Positions 57,101 to 64,000 of a DNA stretch of 64,000 nucleotides are shown here, one piece after another. The translations under genes and the position numbers were made by a program. The DNA is taken from the NCBI GenBank assembly GCA_038227875.1, contig JBBRPR010000034.1:22478-86477 (forward strand). The letters are read 5' to 3'. Numbering within the stretch: the first letter of the stretch is position 1; each line of letters starts with the position of its first letter. The notes under the pieces are model-generated. The model had not been told where the DNA came from. It saw only the letters and a list, made by a program, of their open reading frames with translations, and searched no databases. The DNA comes from Planctomycetota bacterium (GTDB lineage Bacteria > Planctomycetota > SZUA-567 > H5-PLA8).

Positions 57101-57509
57101 GATTTTCTTCCGGATTGGTCTTGTTGATGATCGGCGGGTCCATTGTCTTCGGCAGCAACTTCGCGGCCTGTGCCACGCGGGCCTGGACGTCCTGCAGCGC
57201 CTGTTCGACGTTGCGGTTGATGTCGAACTCGATCGTAATCGTCGACTGCCCCTGCTTGGAGACCGACGAGATGTCGACGATGCCTTCACACGCCATCACG
57301 TTGTCTTCAATGATGTCGGCGACGTCGCGCTCCATGATTTCCGGCGTCGCACCTTGCAGCGTGCAATTGATGGTGACAATCGGGAAGTCGATGTCTGGAT
57401 ACTGACCTTCGGCGAGACGTGAGAGCCCGATGATGCCGAAGACGATAAAGAACGCCATCAGCATCCAGGCAAAAACGGGATTGCGAATTGAAACGCTGGC
57501 TAAGCTCAC
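54126..57509 (-). CDS. RND efflux transporter permease (AcrB/MdtC-like)
   Basis: SIRNPVFA, PDIDFPIV, GIVVDDAVMVLENIYRH, GIVKKNSILLVD, RLRPILMT. Confidence 0.97.
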   Translation of the reverse strand: MSLASVSIRNPVFAWMLMAFFIVFGIIGLSRLAEGQYPDIDFPIVTINCTLQGATPEIMERDVADIIEDNVMACEGIVDISSVSKQGQSTITIEFDINRNVEQALQDVQARVAQAAKLLPKTMDPPIINKTNPEENPIMWIALSGTRSQLDISQYAKNSLRDKFLTVSGDGDVMMGGYLERNARIWVDGKKLEAYGLTANDVVNAFQNGHVEIPGGRVEGTLREANVEIQGEAITVKEMGNILVTVRNGSPVYLKDVAIVEDGFEDRRRIARSNGMPAQGLGIIKQHGANTVQVAKDVRDKLVELRKTLPKGLSLDVRVDNSIFIKDAVHEIELTLFLSVLLTAVVCWFFLGSLSSTLNVVLAIPVSVFGTFAVMYFAGFSLNSFTLLALSLSIGIVVDDAVMVLENIYRHAEMGKDKVTAAREGTEQISFAALAATMAIIAIFLPVAFMTGIIGKFFFQFGVVLSIAVAISLLEAMTLAPARCAQFLQVGHRGNFIERFSGELFDGLARFYKSMLNTVLNFRTELTGKTFGFVLLLLCLAAGGALSYFGGMGVYSGLTGGDFNIASVLLLTIGLFGLYSAAGMGAMLVKQQSFPTGSALVMVASLAVFLGSLLLIQYIPKEMVPPQDQGYYMIRIFTPVGSTVDYTDRVMKNVEKLLDKHDEIEASLVIAGLPPDVNAGIAFVTLKPFKDRKVSQQESMAMLRKELNDNPAPGSRVILVDFSASGFANAKRGAAAIEFSLRGPEWDKLGKLDDQFMSDMKSSGLFQDIDTDYQRGMPELDVIPDREKCMANNVDVMTLANTVSYLIGGQKIGTFKDNGKQYDVRIRLLQENRGRREDITSLYVRSKDGKLVQIRDIAKVELRPSFQSITRQMRQRAVSISANPAPGHSQAEALDWVGKHVAETVPEGYNFIKTGNSRAMEESFKSLIFALVLGLVVAYMVLASQFNSFLHPVTVLMALPFSVSGALLALFLTRYASYTGLHMNPQSLNIYSIIGLILLMGIVKKNSILLVDYTNQVRDEDKSKSVTAALIEACPLRLRPILMTSVATVAGALPAALALGPGGELMIPMSISIIGGLTLSTLLTLIVVPCFYGIMDEMKMSLIALLPAGKAPEHPVRGEMSEHLAGK

Positions 57510-57574
57510 GCGTGGGATGCTCCGGCGATCTTCGACATCATTGCCACCTCAAGACAATTCCTTGCACAGGGCTT

Positions 57575-58891
57575 TCAAGGCGTGTCGACGCCTGGCACCA
57601 CTACGCTTCCATCCGGCAAGAGCGTCAGGTGATATCCTTCGTCGAGCGAACTGGCGCCTTCGATCACGAGCGATTCGCCGGAGTTCAAGCCGCTGAGCAC
57701 TTCCAGCGCGTTATCGGTCACGCTCAGGCCGATCTTCACCACGCGCTTTTCGGCGACAGGGTCGCCGCTTTCCGCGTTTTTGATGACGAATGCAACGAAG
57801 CCTTTCTCAGTGGTCAGAATCGCGGTCGTCGGCACCACAACAGCCTGCTCGACACTGCCGCTTTGCAGGCGCACGGAAGCGAAATAACCGGGGATCAGCT
57901 TGTCGAGATCCGTTTCGATTTTTGCCAGGCATGAAACGACGCGTGCATCCGTGTCGACCTGATCGCTGATCTGGAACACCTTCGCTTCGAATTGGCGGGA
58001 GGGCCACGCCGGCACGGAGAACTTGACCTTATCGCCGACTTTCACCACGGCCGAATCGCGCTCGGAAAGCTTGAAGCGGAGTTTCATCGCGCGACGGTCG
58101 ACAATTGTGGCCAGCGGCGTGCCGGAGGGCACAAACATGCCATTGGTGATGTACTTCTTTTCGATTTTCCCGCCGATCGGCGTGAGCACCGTCGACTTGC
58201 GCACATCGTCCAGCGAAATCTTCCACTGCGATTCGCGCTGGGCGATGGCGGCTTCCAGCGTACGCAGCTGCGTTTCGGACGCCTGCGTCGCATCACGCAA
58301 TTCCACATCGGCCAGATCGCGTTTGGCCTGGTAAAGCTGAATGTCTTCTTCCGAGATCGCCCCAGCCGTGCGAACCGCGACGCGGCGTTCGATCTCCGTC
58401 TGTGCTTCCTTCAATGAGATCTTTTTCCGTTCGATGTCGTTGGTTAGTCGCCGCTTGGCATCAGCCAGATCGGCCACGGCCGCCTTATAGATCGCTTCAT
58501 CGCGGGCGGCCACGAGACGGTAGGCTTCAGGCGCGATGCGGCAGAGCACCTGCTTGGCAGGAAGGTCGTCGCCTTCTTGAAATCCCACGTCGTAAATGGT
58601 GCCGGCAACCTGGGAATCGATGCGGTAGGTGTCCAACGCCTCCAGCGCGCCAATGGCGGGAACTTCATACACCACGGCCTTGGTCTTGATGGTGTGAACA
58701 CGCACCGGATACTTGCGCGTCGACGCCGTTGTTCCGCCGCCAGGCGCAGGAGCCGTCGGTGCAGGCGCGGGCGTGGGGGCAGGCGCGCCAGAGCCGTCAG
58801 CTTTGGTGTTCTGCTGCGGGCCACGGAACGCGAGCGCCGTAGCGGCCGCGCCCATTCCACACGCTAGGACGACAATGATCAGGTACTTCAT
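57575..58891 (-). CDS. RND efflux periplasmic adaptor (membrane fusion protein)
   Basis: N-terminal anchor, IDSQVAGTI...EGD, coiled hairpin, LIPGYF, VKIG...EVLSGLNSGE; ATG 58891 follows GAGGA. Confidence 0.95.
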   Translation of the reverse strand: MKYLIIVVLACGMGAAATALAFRGPQQNTKADGSGAPAPTPAPAPTAPAPGGGTTASTRKYPVRVHTIKTKAVVYEVPAIGALEALDTYRIDSQVAGTIYDVGFQEGDDLPAKQVLCRIAPEAYRLVAARDEAIYKAAVADLADAKRRLTNDIERKKISLKEAQTEIERRVAVRTAGAISEEDIQLYQAKRDLADVELRDATQASETQLRTLEAAIAQRESQWKISLDDVRKSTVLTPIGGKIEKKYITNGMFVPSGTPLATIVDRRAMKLRFKLSERDSAVVKVGDKVKFSVPAWPSRQFEAKVFQISDQVDTDARVVSCLAKIETDLDKLIPGYFASVRLQSGSVEQAVVVPTTAILTTEKGFVAFVIKNAESGDPVAEKRVVKIGLSVTDNALEVLSGLNSGESLVIEGASSLDEGYHLTLLPDGSVVVPGVDTP

Positions 58892-58898
58892 GGCTTCC

Positions 58899-59528
58899 TC
58901 ATTCTTTATTCGCGGGTTGCGCGGATGCCTGGATTGAAACCGCAGGCGCCGCGGTGGGCACCGTAAGCCCGTGCACAAATAAGTGCAGCGCCATGTCCGT
59001 CAGTTTTTCCGGCGGAGGCAGCGGATCGGCGACGCGCCGCACGTTGCGGATCATTCCCATCAACATGTCGCCGGCCAGCGCGGGGTCGAACGGGCAATGC
59101 ACTTCGCCGCGCGACTGTGCCTCCGAGATCAAGTTCGATACGATCGCGCGGAATTCCGAGCGCCGTTTATAGAATTCGTTCTTCTTGCGGATCCACAATT
59201 CGCTTTCGTGCTGCTGCATGACCTGAAAGAAATTCTTGTGTTCTTCGAGTAATTTGGCCACGCACAGGACCGTGGCGCGCAACCGAACCAGCGGCGGACC
59301 ATCGATCCGCGAGACGACCGCCACTTCCGCATTCATCCGGTCAAAATAGAACAACGCGACGGCGGCGAAAAGATCTTCTTTGGTCTCAAAGTAACGATAA
59401 ACCGTTCCTTTGGCCACTCCTACCTTCTCTGCCACATGATCCATCAGAACTTCGTGATACGGCCGCCGAGCAAAAAGCGCAGCGGAGGCTTCCAAAATGG
59501 CGTCACGGTGATCGACGGCAATGCGCAT
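58899..59528 (-). CDS. TetR/AcrR family transcriptional regulator
   Basis: ILEASAALF...VAEKVGVAKGTVYRYFETKEDLF. Confidence 0.95.
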   Translation of the reverse strand: MRIAVDHRDAILEASAALFARRPYHEVLMDHVAEKVGVAKGTVYRYFETKEDLFAAVALFYFDRMNAEVAVVSRIDGPPLVRLRATVLCVAKLLEEHKNFFQVMQQHESELWIRKKNEFYKRRSEFRAIVSNLISEAQSRGEVHCPFDPALAGDMLMGMIRNVRRVADPLPPPEKLTDMALHLFVHGLTVPTAAPAVSIQASAQPANKE

Positions 59529-59554
59529 GATTCGAATCCCACTCTGTAATGAGC

Positions 59555-59615
59555 GACTGACCAGTCAGTTTGGTTGACCGACGAGTCAGTCTAGCTACGC
59601 ATGACTCGTAGTCAA
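59555..59615 (-). promoter_or_regulatory. Two TetR-type operators overlapping a sigma70 promoter
   Basis: GACTGAC-CA-GTCAGTT (59555-59570) and GACCGAC-GA-GTCAGTC (59576-59591); minus strand TTGACT-N16-TAGACT (59615-59588). Confidence 0.75.
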
Positions 59616-59682
59616 TCCGAAATTCTACGCATGCGTACCGAATTTCGATCAGGGGGAATGTAGAGTGATTTAAGCTCGCAGA

Positions 59683-59709
59683 GTCGCAGGTTCAAATCCT
59701 GTCGCCCCG
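59683..59709 (+). other. Isolated tRNA 3' fragment (T-arm + acceptor strand; tRNA-Pro-like), possible att remnant
   Basis: GTCGCAGGTTCAAATCCTGTCGCCCCG; no CGGGGCG 5' strand, D-arm or anticodon arm upstream, and no CCA. Confidence 0.7.
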
Positions 59710-59720
59710 TACTGTTTTCT

Positions 59721-60203
59721 TTACGGCCTGCCGAAATCGACTGTCCGGATGAAGAGCTCATCATTTTCTTTGGTGACGGTGACTGAAACTGCTTCGCAAA
59801 ATCCATCTCCGTCCATGGAAACATATGCCCATCCAACATCATTAGGCTCGCTATTCGGCAAGTCCTCGCTTGTATTCACGACTTGTACATTTGTGATCGG
59901 GGCTTTCGCATACTTAATCATCGACGCAACTCTTTTCTTGAGATCGCCTGCCGGGCACTCGCGACGTAGCTTCGCAGAAAGCATCTTATGAGCGGCCTTA
60001 AAATTGCCCTTCATCAAGTGTGTGGCAAATTGTTCGGCAATCGTGACGTATGGCGACGTGGACGGAGAACGCTCCAGCCTCTTCTTCGCCTTCTTCATTT
60101 CCTTCACAACTTTCGGATTCTTTAGAATGCCACTCTTACTCAATGCCGATTGAAACGCGCGAACTAGGCTTTCTGATGCGTTTGGCTTCTTGCTGCTCAT
60201 CAT
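59721..60203 (-). CDS. Hypothetical protein, lower GC
   Basis: GGGAGAG RBS; 160 aa; C-terminal GWAYVSM.GDGF.EAV.V...IR.VDFGRP looks like a folded domain. Confidence 0.75.
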   Translation of the reverse strand: MMSSKKPNASESLVRAFQSALSKSGILKNPKVVKEMKKAKKRLERSPSTSPYVTIAEQFATHLMKGNFKAAHKMLSAKLRRECPAGDLKKRVASMIKYAKAPITNVQVVNTSEDLPNSEPNDVGWAYVSMDGDGFCEAVSVTVTKENDELFIRTVDFGRP

Positions 60204-60260
60204 AACTCTCCCGACAATTTATCTTGCTTAGCCTACGAATTCTCTCGTCCCGACCAGTTC

Positions 60261-61457
60261 TCAAGCGAATTCTTCGCCCAGCTTCGCGTCTAGTCGCAGC
60301 AGCGTGGATGCAATCAGATTCGCACAACGCAATAGGTCGATCTGTCGCACGTATTCGCCGGCGACATGCGCCTGCCCGGTGAATCCCGGACCGATGTTCA
60401 GTACGTCCATTCCCGCCGCTCGAAAGAGGACCATGTCGGTGCGCGCGCGGTTCCAGCTGTATCGAACCTGATCGAACATCGCGCTGCTGGCTTCGGCCGC
60501 CGACTTTAGCAGCGGCCCGTTGGGATCAACCACGCATGCCGGCGCGTCCAGCCGCAACGAGTAGGTGGCCGCTACGCCATTGAGATCGCGTGTCAGTTCC
60601 GCCAGCTCGCGTTCGACGGTTTCGCGTGTCTCGCCGGGTGCCACGCGCCTGGAGATGGTCAACTCGCAAAGTTCCGGAATGATATTCCCCGCCGAACCGC
60701 CCTTGATCAGCGTCACCGAGGCCGCAGCGCGTCCGACGATGCCATCGAGAATCCGCACATCTTTGAAGCCTGCGTTCAGCCGCTCCACACGTTCGCAGAT
60801 TCTCGCCGCCGCATGGATGGCATTAAGGCCGCGGTCAGGACTGGCCGAATGCGCCGAGCGCCCCTGCAGCGATACCTTCGCCACCGCGTGGCCCTGGCAA
60901 CCGACCGCCAACGTCGGGCAAACGGGATCGCAACTGGCCTCCGTCGTCAACGCCCATCGGCCGGGTTCCCGCTTCACAATATTATGGACGCCGTTGCGTT
61001 TGCCGTGGGCAGGGCCTTCCTCACAGATCGTGCAGGACAGGACCAAACGGAGATGCTTCAGGCGGTGAGCGGGCTGCGCGAAGTGCTGGACCAGATGGAG
61101 CATCACCGCGACGCCGGATTTCATATCCGACGTCCCCAGTCCCACAATGCGCCGGTCGTCACCGACACCCACGATTTCCGGAGCCCATGGATTGGACTTC
61201 CAGCCTTCGACCGGAACTACCGTGTCGGTATGTCCACTAAGATGGAGGGTCGTGCGCGCCGGGTCGCCGTGAAGCTGCGGTTCCAGCGCCGCCCAGACAT
61301 TGTCGTCGCTATCGCGCTGAGCGGCGACGCCGGCTCTCTGGAGAAACTGTTGCACGAAATCCGCGGCGGGTTTCTCCTCGCCGGACATCGATTTGATCGA
61401 AACCAGGCCGCAGACGGTCTGGGCGATGGCTTCGGCGGTTTCCGGGTCGAATTTCAT
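60261..61457 (-). CDS. M20 family metallopeptidase (ArgE/DapE-like deacylase)
   Basis: SGHTDTV, GTSDMKSG, CEEG, GRSAHSA, GGSAGNIIP, AHVAGEY; ATG 61457. Confidence 0.92.
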   Translation of the reverse strand: MKFDPETAEAIAQTVCGLVSIKSMSGEEKPAADFVQQFLQRAGVAAQRDSDDNVWAALEPQLHGDPARTTLHLSGHTDTVVPVEGWKSNPWAPEIVGVGDDRRIVGLGTSDMKSGVAVMLHLVQHFAQPAHRLKHLRLVLSCTICEEGPAHGKRNGVHNIVKREPGRWALTTEASCDPVCPTLAVGCQGHAVAKVSLQGRSAHSASPDRGLNAIHAAARICERVERLNAGFKDVRILDGIVGRAAASVTLIKGGSAGNIIPELCELTISRRVAPGETRETVERELAELTRDLNGVAATYSLRLDAPACVVDPNGPLLKSAAEASSAMFDQVRYSWNRARTDMVLFRAAGMDVLNIGPGFTGQAHVAGEYVRQIDLLRCANLIASTLLRLDAKLGEEFA

Positions 61458-61665
61458 GTCCGGAGAATAGCGTATCGCCCCGATTTTCGCCAGACATCGC
61501 CCACGCGAGGCTGTGGAGGAAAAAATTCTTTTTCCCGGCGCCAAAAACTCTTGCTTCGTTTGCCCGAAACCTTTAGCGTTTCACTCCTTATCGCCCTCAT
61601 TGCGTTGCGTTGCTCGATCTCGCGTGTGAAGGTTTTTAAGATCCCCAAGGAGGCCTTCGAAGCCA

Positions 61666-63585
61666 GTGGAGACGTGGTCGGTTCAGGACGCCGTGGAGTT
61701 GTACGGTGTCAATAACTGGGGTCGCCAGTTTTTTTCAGTCAACGATCAGGGTCACCTGGTCGTCCATCCAACAGGACAAAAAGATACCGGGATCGATCTG
61801 AAGGTGCTCGTCGCCGACATCGAAGCCCGCGGCATCGGTTCGCCGATCCTCATTCGCTTTCCGGACATTCTCAAATACCGCGTCGAAGAACTTCACAACT
61901 GCTTCAACACCGCTATCAAGGAACAGAGCTATCGCGGCTCGTACCGCGGCGTCTATCCAATCAAAGTCAACCAGGAACGCCACGTCGTCGAAGCCATCGT
62001 GCGCCACGGCAAGGATTTTTACTTCGGGCTGGAAGCCGGATCGAAGCCGGAATTAATGTGTATTCTCGCGCTGCTGGATTCGTCCGAAGGACTGTTCATT
62101 TGCAACGGCTACAAGGACGAAGAGTACCTTGAGATGGCGCTGCTGGCCACGAAGCTCGACCGCAAAGTCGTGATCGTGCTGGAGAAGTCGTCGGAGCTCG
62201 ACCTCCTGCTGCGCCTGGCCGAGAAGCACAAAGTCCGCCCGATGATCGGCCTGCGCTCGAAGCTCAACGCGCGAGGCACCGGCCGGTGGGAAGCCACCAG
62301 CGGCGATCGATCCAAGTTCGGCTTCACCGCCGAGGAAATGCTGAAGGTCTGCGACACACTGCGCTCGAAGGAATTGCTCGACTGCCTGCAGCTGCTTCAC
62401 TTCCACATCGGCAGCCAGGTCAGCGCGATTCGCAATATCAAGTCGGCACTGAAAGAAGCCGCGCGGTTTTACGTGGAATTGAAGAAGCTCGGCGCGGGCT
62501 TGAAGTACCTCGACGTCGGCGGCGGTCTGGCCGTCGACTACGACGGCAGCCAGACCAATTTCGACGCGTCGATGAATTACTCGATGCAGGAATACGCCAA
62601 CGACGTCGTTTTTCAGATCATGGAAGTCTGCGAGGAAGCCGGGGTCGAACACCCCAGCCTCATCAGCGAATCCGGGCGTGCACTGACCGCTCACCACAGC
62701 ATGCTGATCTTCAATGTGCTGGGCAGTTCCGAAACCGCCGGATCCGAATCGGGGAATGGCAACGGCGACGATCCGCATGACGTGGAACTGGCCGACGAAG
62801 CGCCGAACGTCTTGTGGAATCTCCGTGAGACCTGCAATTCCGTCACGCGCAAGAATTTTCTCGAAGCCTACCACGACGCGGTCCAGATGCGCGACGAAGC
62901 CGTCACACTTTTCAACCTCGGCTACTTGAGCCTCAAGCACCGCGCGACGGCCGAGAAACTATTCTGGGCGACGTGCAAACGCGTGCTGAAGATCGTCCGC
63001 GCTTCGCCCAACGTTCCAGAAGAACTCGACCGTCTCGAACGCTCCATGGCCGACACGTACTTCTGCAATTTCTCGCTCTTCCAGAGCGTGCCTGACCATT
63101 GGGCGATCAACCATCTCTTCCCGATCATGCCCATTCATCGGCTCAATGAACGCCCCACGCGCCGCGGTGTGCTCGCCGACATCACCTGCGACAGCGACGG
63201 CAAGATTGAACATTTCATCGACCTGAAGGACGTCAAGAGCGTGCTGGAACTCCACGCGCTCACGCCGGAATCCTATTACCTCGGCGTGTTCCTGGTCGGC
63301 GCGTATCAGGAAATCCTCGGCGACCTTCATAATTTATTCGGCGACACCAACGCGGTTCACGTTTCGATCGAGAACGGCGGGTACAAAGTCGAACAGGTCG
63401 AAACCGGCGACACGGTCGAAGACGTGCTGAAATATGTCAGCTACGATAAAAACGAAATGATCCACAAGCTCCGCACCGCGTCGGAAGCCGCCGTGCGCGC
63501 GAATAAGATGTCCATTGAGGACCTGCGTCTGTTCATCACCATGTATCAGAATGGCATGGACGGGTACACGTATTTGGAAGGTTAG
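61666..63585 (+). CDS. speA: Biosynthetic arginine decarboxylase
   Basis: YPIKVNQ, GLEAGSKPEL, CNGYKD, HFHIGSQ, DVGGGLAVDYDGS, ESGRA, NFSLFQSVPDHW, DITCDSDG, GAYQEILGDLHNLFG. Confidence 0.97.
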   Translation: METWSVQDAVELYGVNNWGRQFFSVNDQGHLVVHPTGQKDTGIDLKVLVADIEARGIGSPILIRFPDILKYRVEELHNCFNTAIKEQSYRGSYRGVYPIKVNQERHVVEAIVRHGKDFYFGLEAGSKPELMCILALLDSSEGLFICNGYKDEEYLEMALLATKLDRKVVIVLEKSSELDLLLRLAEKHKVRPMIGLRSKLNARGTGRWEATSGDRSKFGFTAEEMLKVCDTLRSKELLDCLQLLHFHIGSQVSAIRNIKSALKEAARFYVELKKLGAGLKYLDVGGGLAVDYDGSQTNFDASMNYSMQEYANDVVFQIMEVCEEAGVEHPSLISESGRALTAHHSMLIFNVLGSSETAGSESGNGNGDDPHDVELADEAPNVLWNLRETCNSVTRKNFLEAYHDAVQMRDEAVTLFNLGYLSLKHRATAEKLFWATCKRVLKIVRASPNVPEELDRLERSMADTYFCNFSLFQSVPDHWAINHLFPIMPIHRLNERPTRRGVLADITCDSDGKIEHFIDLKDVKSVLELHALTPESYYLGVFLVGAYQEILGDLHNLFGDTNAVHVSIENGGYKVEQVETGDTVEDVLKYVSYDKNEMIHKLRTASEAAVRANKMSIEDLRLFITMYQNGMDGYTYLEG

Positions 63586-64000
63586 CCTTTGCCGTTAAAC
63601 GGCCGTCGAGCCGTGTTTCAGTTGTTTACCACGTTACGGTTCCCATTACGGTTGTTCCTATACGCTTGGAGAAAGCCTCATTCTTAAGAAGCGGAACGAT
63701 TTTCGTCGTTAATTCTGGACTCACTAACCAAAGCAGCGCAAGACATTCATCCTCTTGGGGCGGCGATGTCGATGGGCAGAATTCGATGAATCCGTTGTTG
63801 ACTCCGATCATAAAATGAAAATATACATTTACGCATCCTACTCGTGAGTCGAGGCACTCAATAAAGGGAAGCGTCCCACTGATTGTTGAAAATTGAAGAG
63901 CGTCCCGTGCCGATGAAGAAAGGTATGGGAGCGATGAAAATGGAAAGTGACGAGATAGTGGAAGAGGTTGGCAGGATGGGGCCGCAGGCAGCGGGAGACA

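Noticed and set aside
59637..59712. Intact tRNA gene
   Set aside because: Only the T-arm and 3' acceptor strand are present; no D-arm, anticodon arm or matching 5' strand.
63626..64000. Lower-GC ORF(s) at the right edge
   Set aside because: Truncated by the window; candidate frames on both strands and no recognisable motif.

Overview
GC-rich (~60-65%) bacterial chromosomal window, probably from a Planctomycetota genome. This is inferred from gene content: a BamB/PQQ-type propeller, an N-terminal RFQFSLRT membrane protein, a BatA/DUF58/DUF4159/MoxR cluster and PKD/autotransporter-repeat surface proteins. The left third is a surface/adhesion region. It holds a giant secreted multidomain protein (>2,936 aa, minus strand, running off the left edge and so absent from the ORF track), a divergent Ser/Thr kinase-AAA-GAF-GGDEF diguanylate cyclase, a DUF3494 ice-binding protein on Ig-like stalks, and an autotransporter-repeat/PKD protein with no beta-barrel. 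Next come large secreted propeller proteins, a RadC-like JAB protein with a Zn finger, arginase, an FMN reductase and a CxxC-thioredoxin fusion. A nine-gene minus-strand MoxR/vWA operon (35.6-50.9 kb) contains an FHA-MoxR fusion and a carbohydrate-binding/GspG-core fusion, and sits behind a near-consensus sigma54 promoter. The right part has an O-antigen-ligase-like protein, a class I amidotransferase, a TetR-MFP-RND efflux unit with visible operators, a tRNA-Pro 3' fragment, an M20 peptidase and speA. Non-coding signals include three tandem palindromes with a shared scaffold but different self-complementary cores, a REP-like cluster and several sigma54-like promoters. I saw no CRISPR array, rRNA, intact tRNA, integrase or transposase. 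All domain calls are motif recognition by eye, not database searches.
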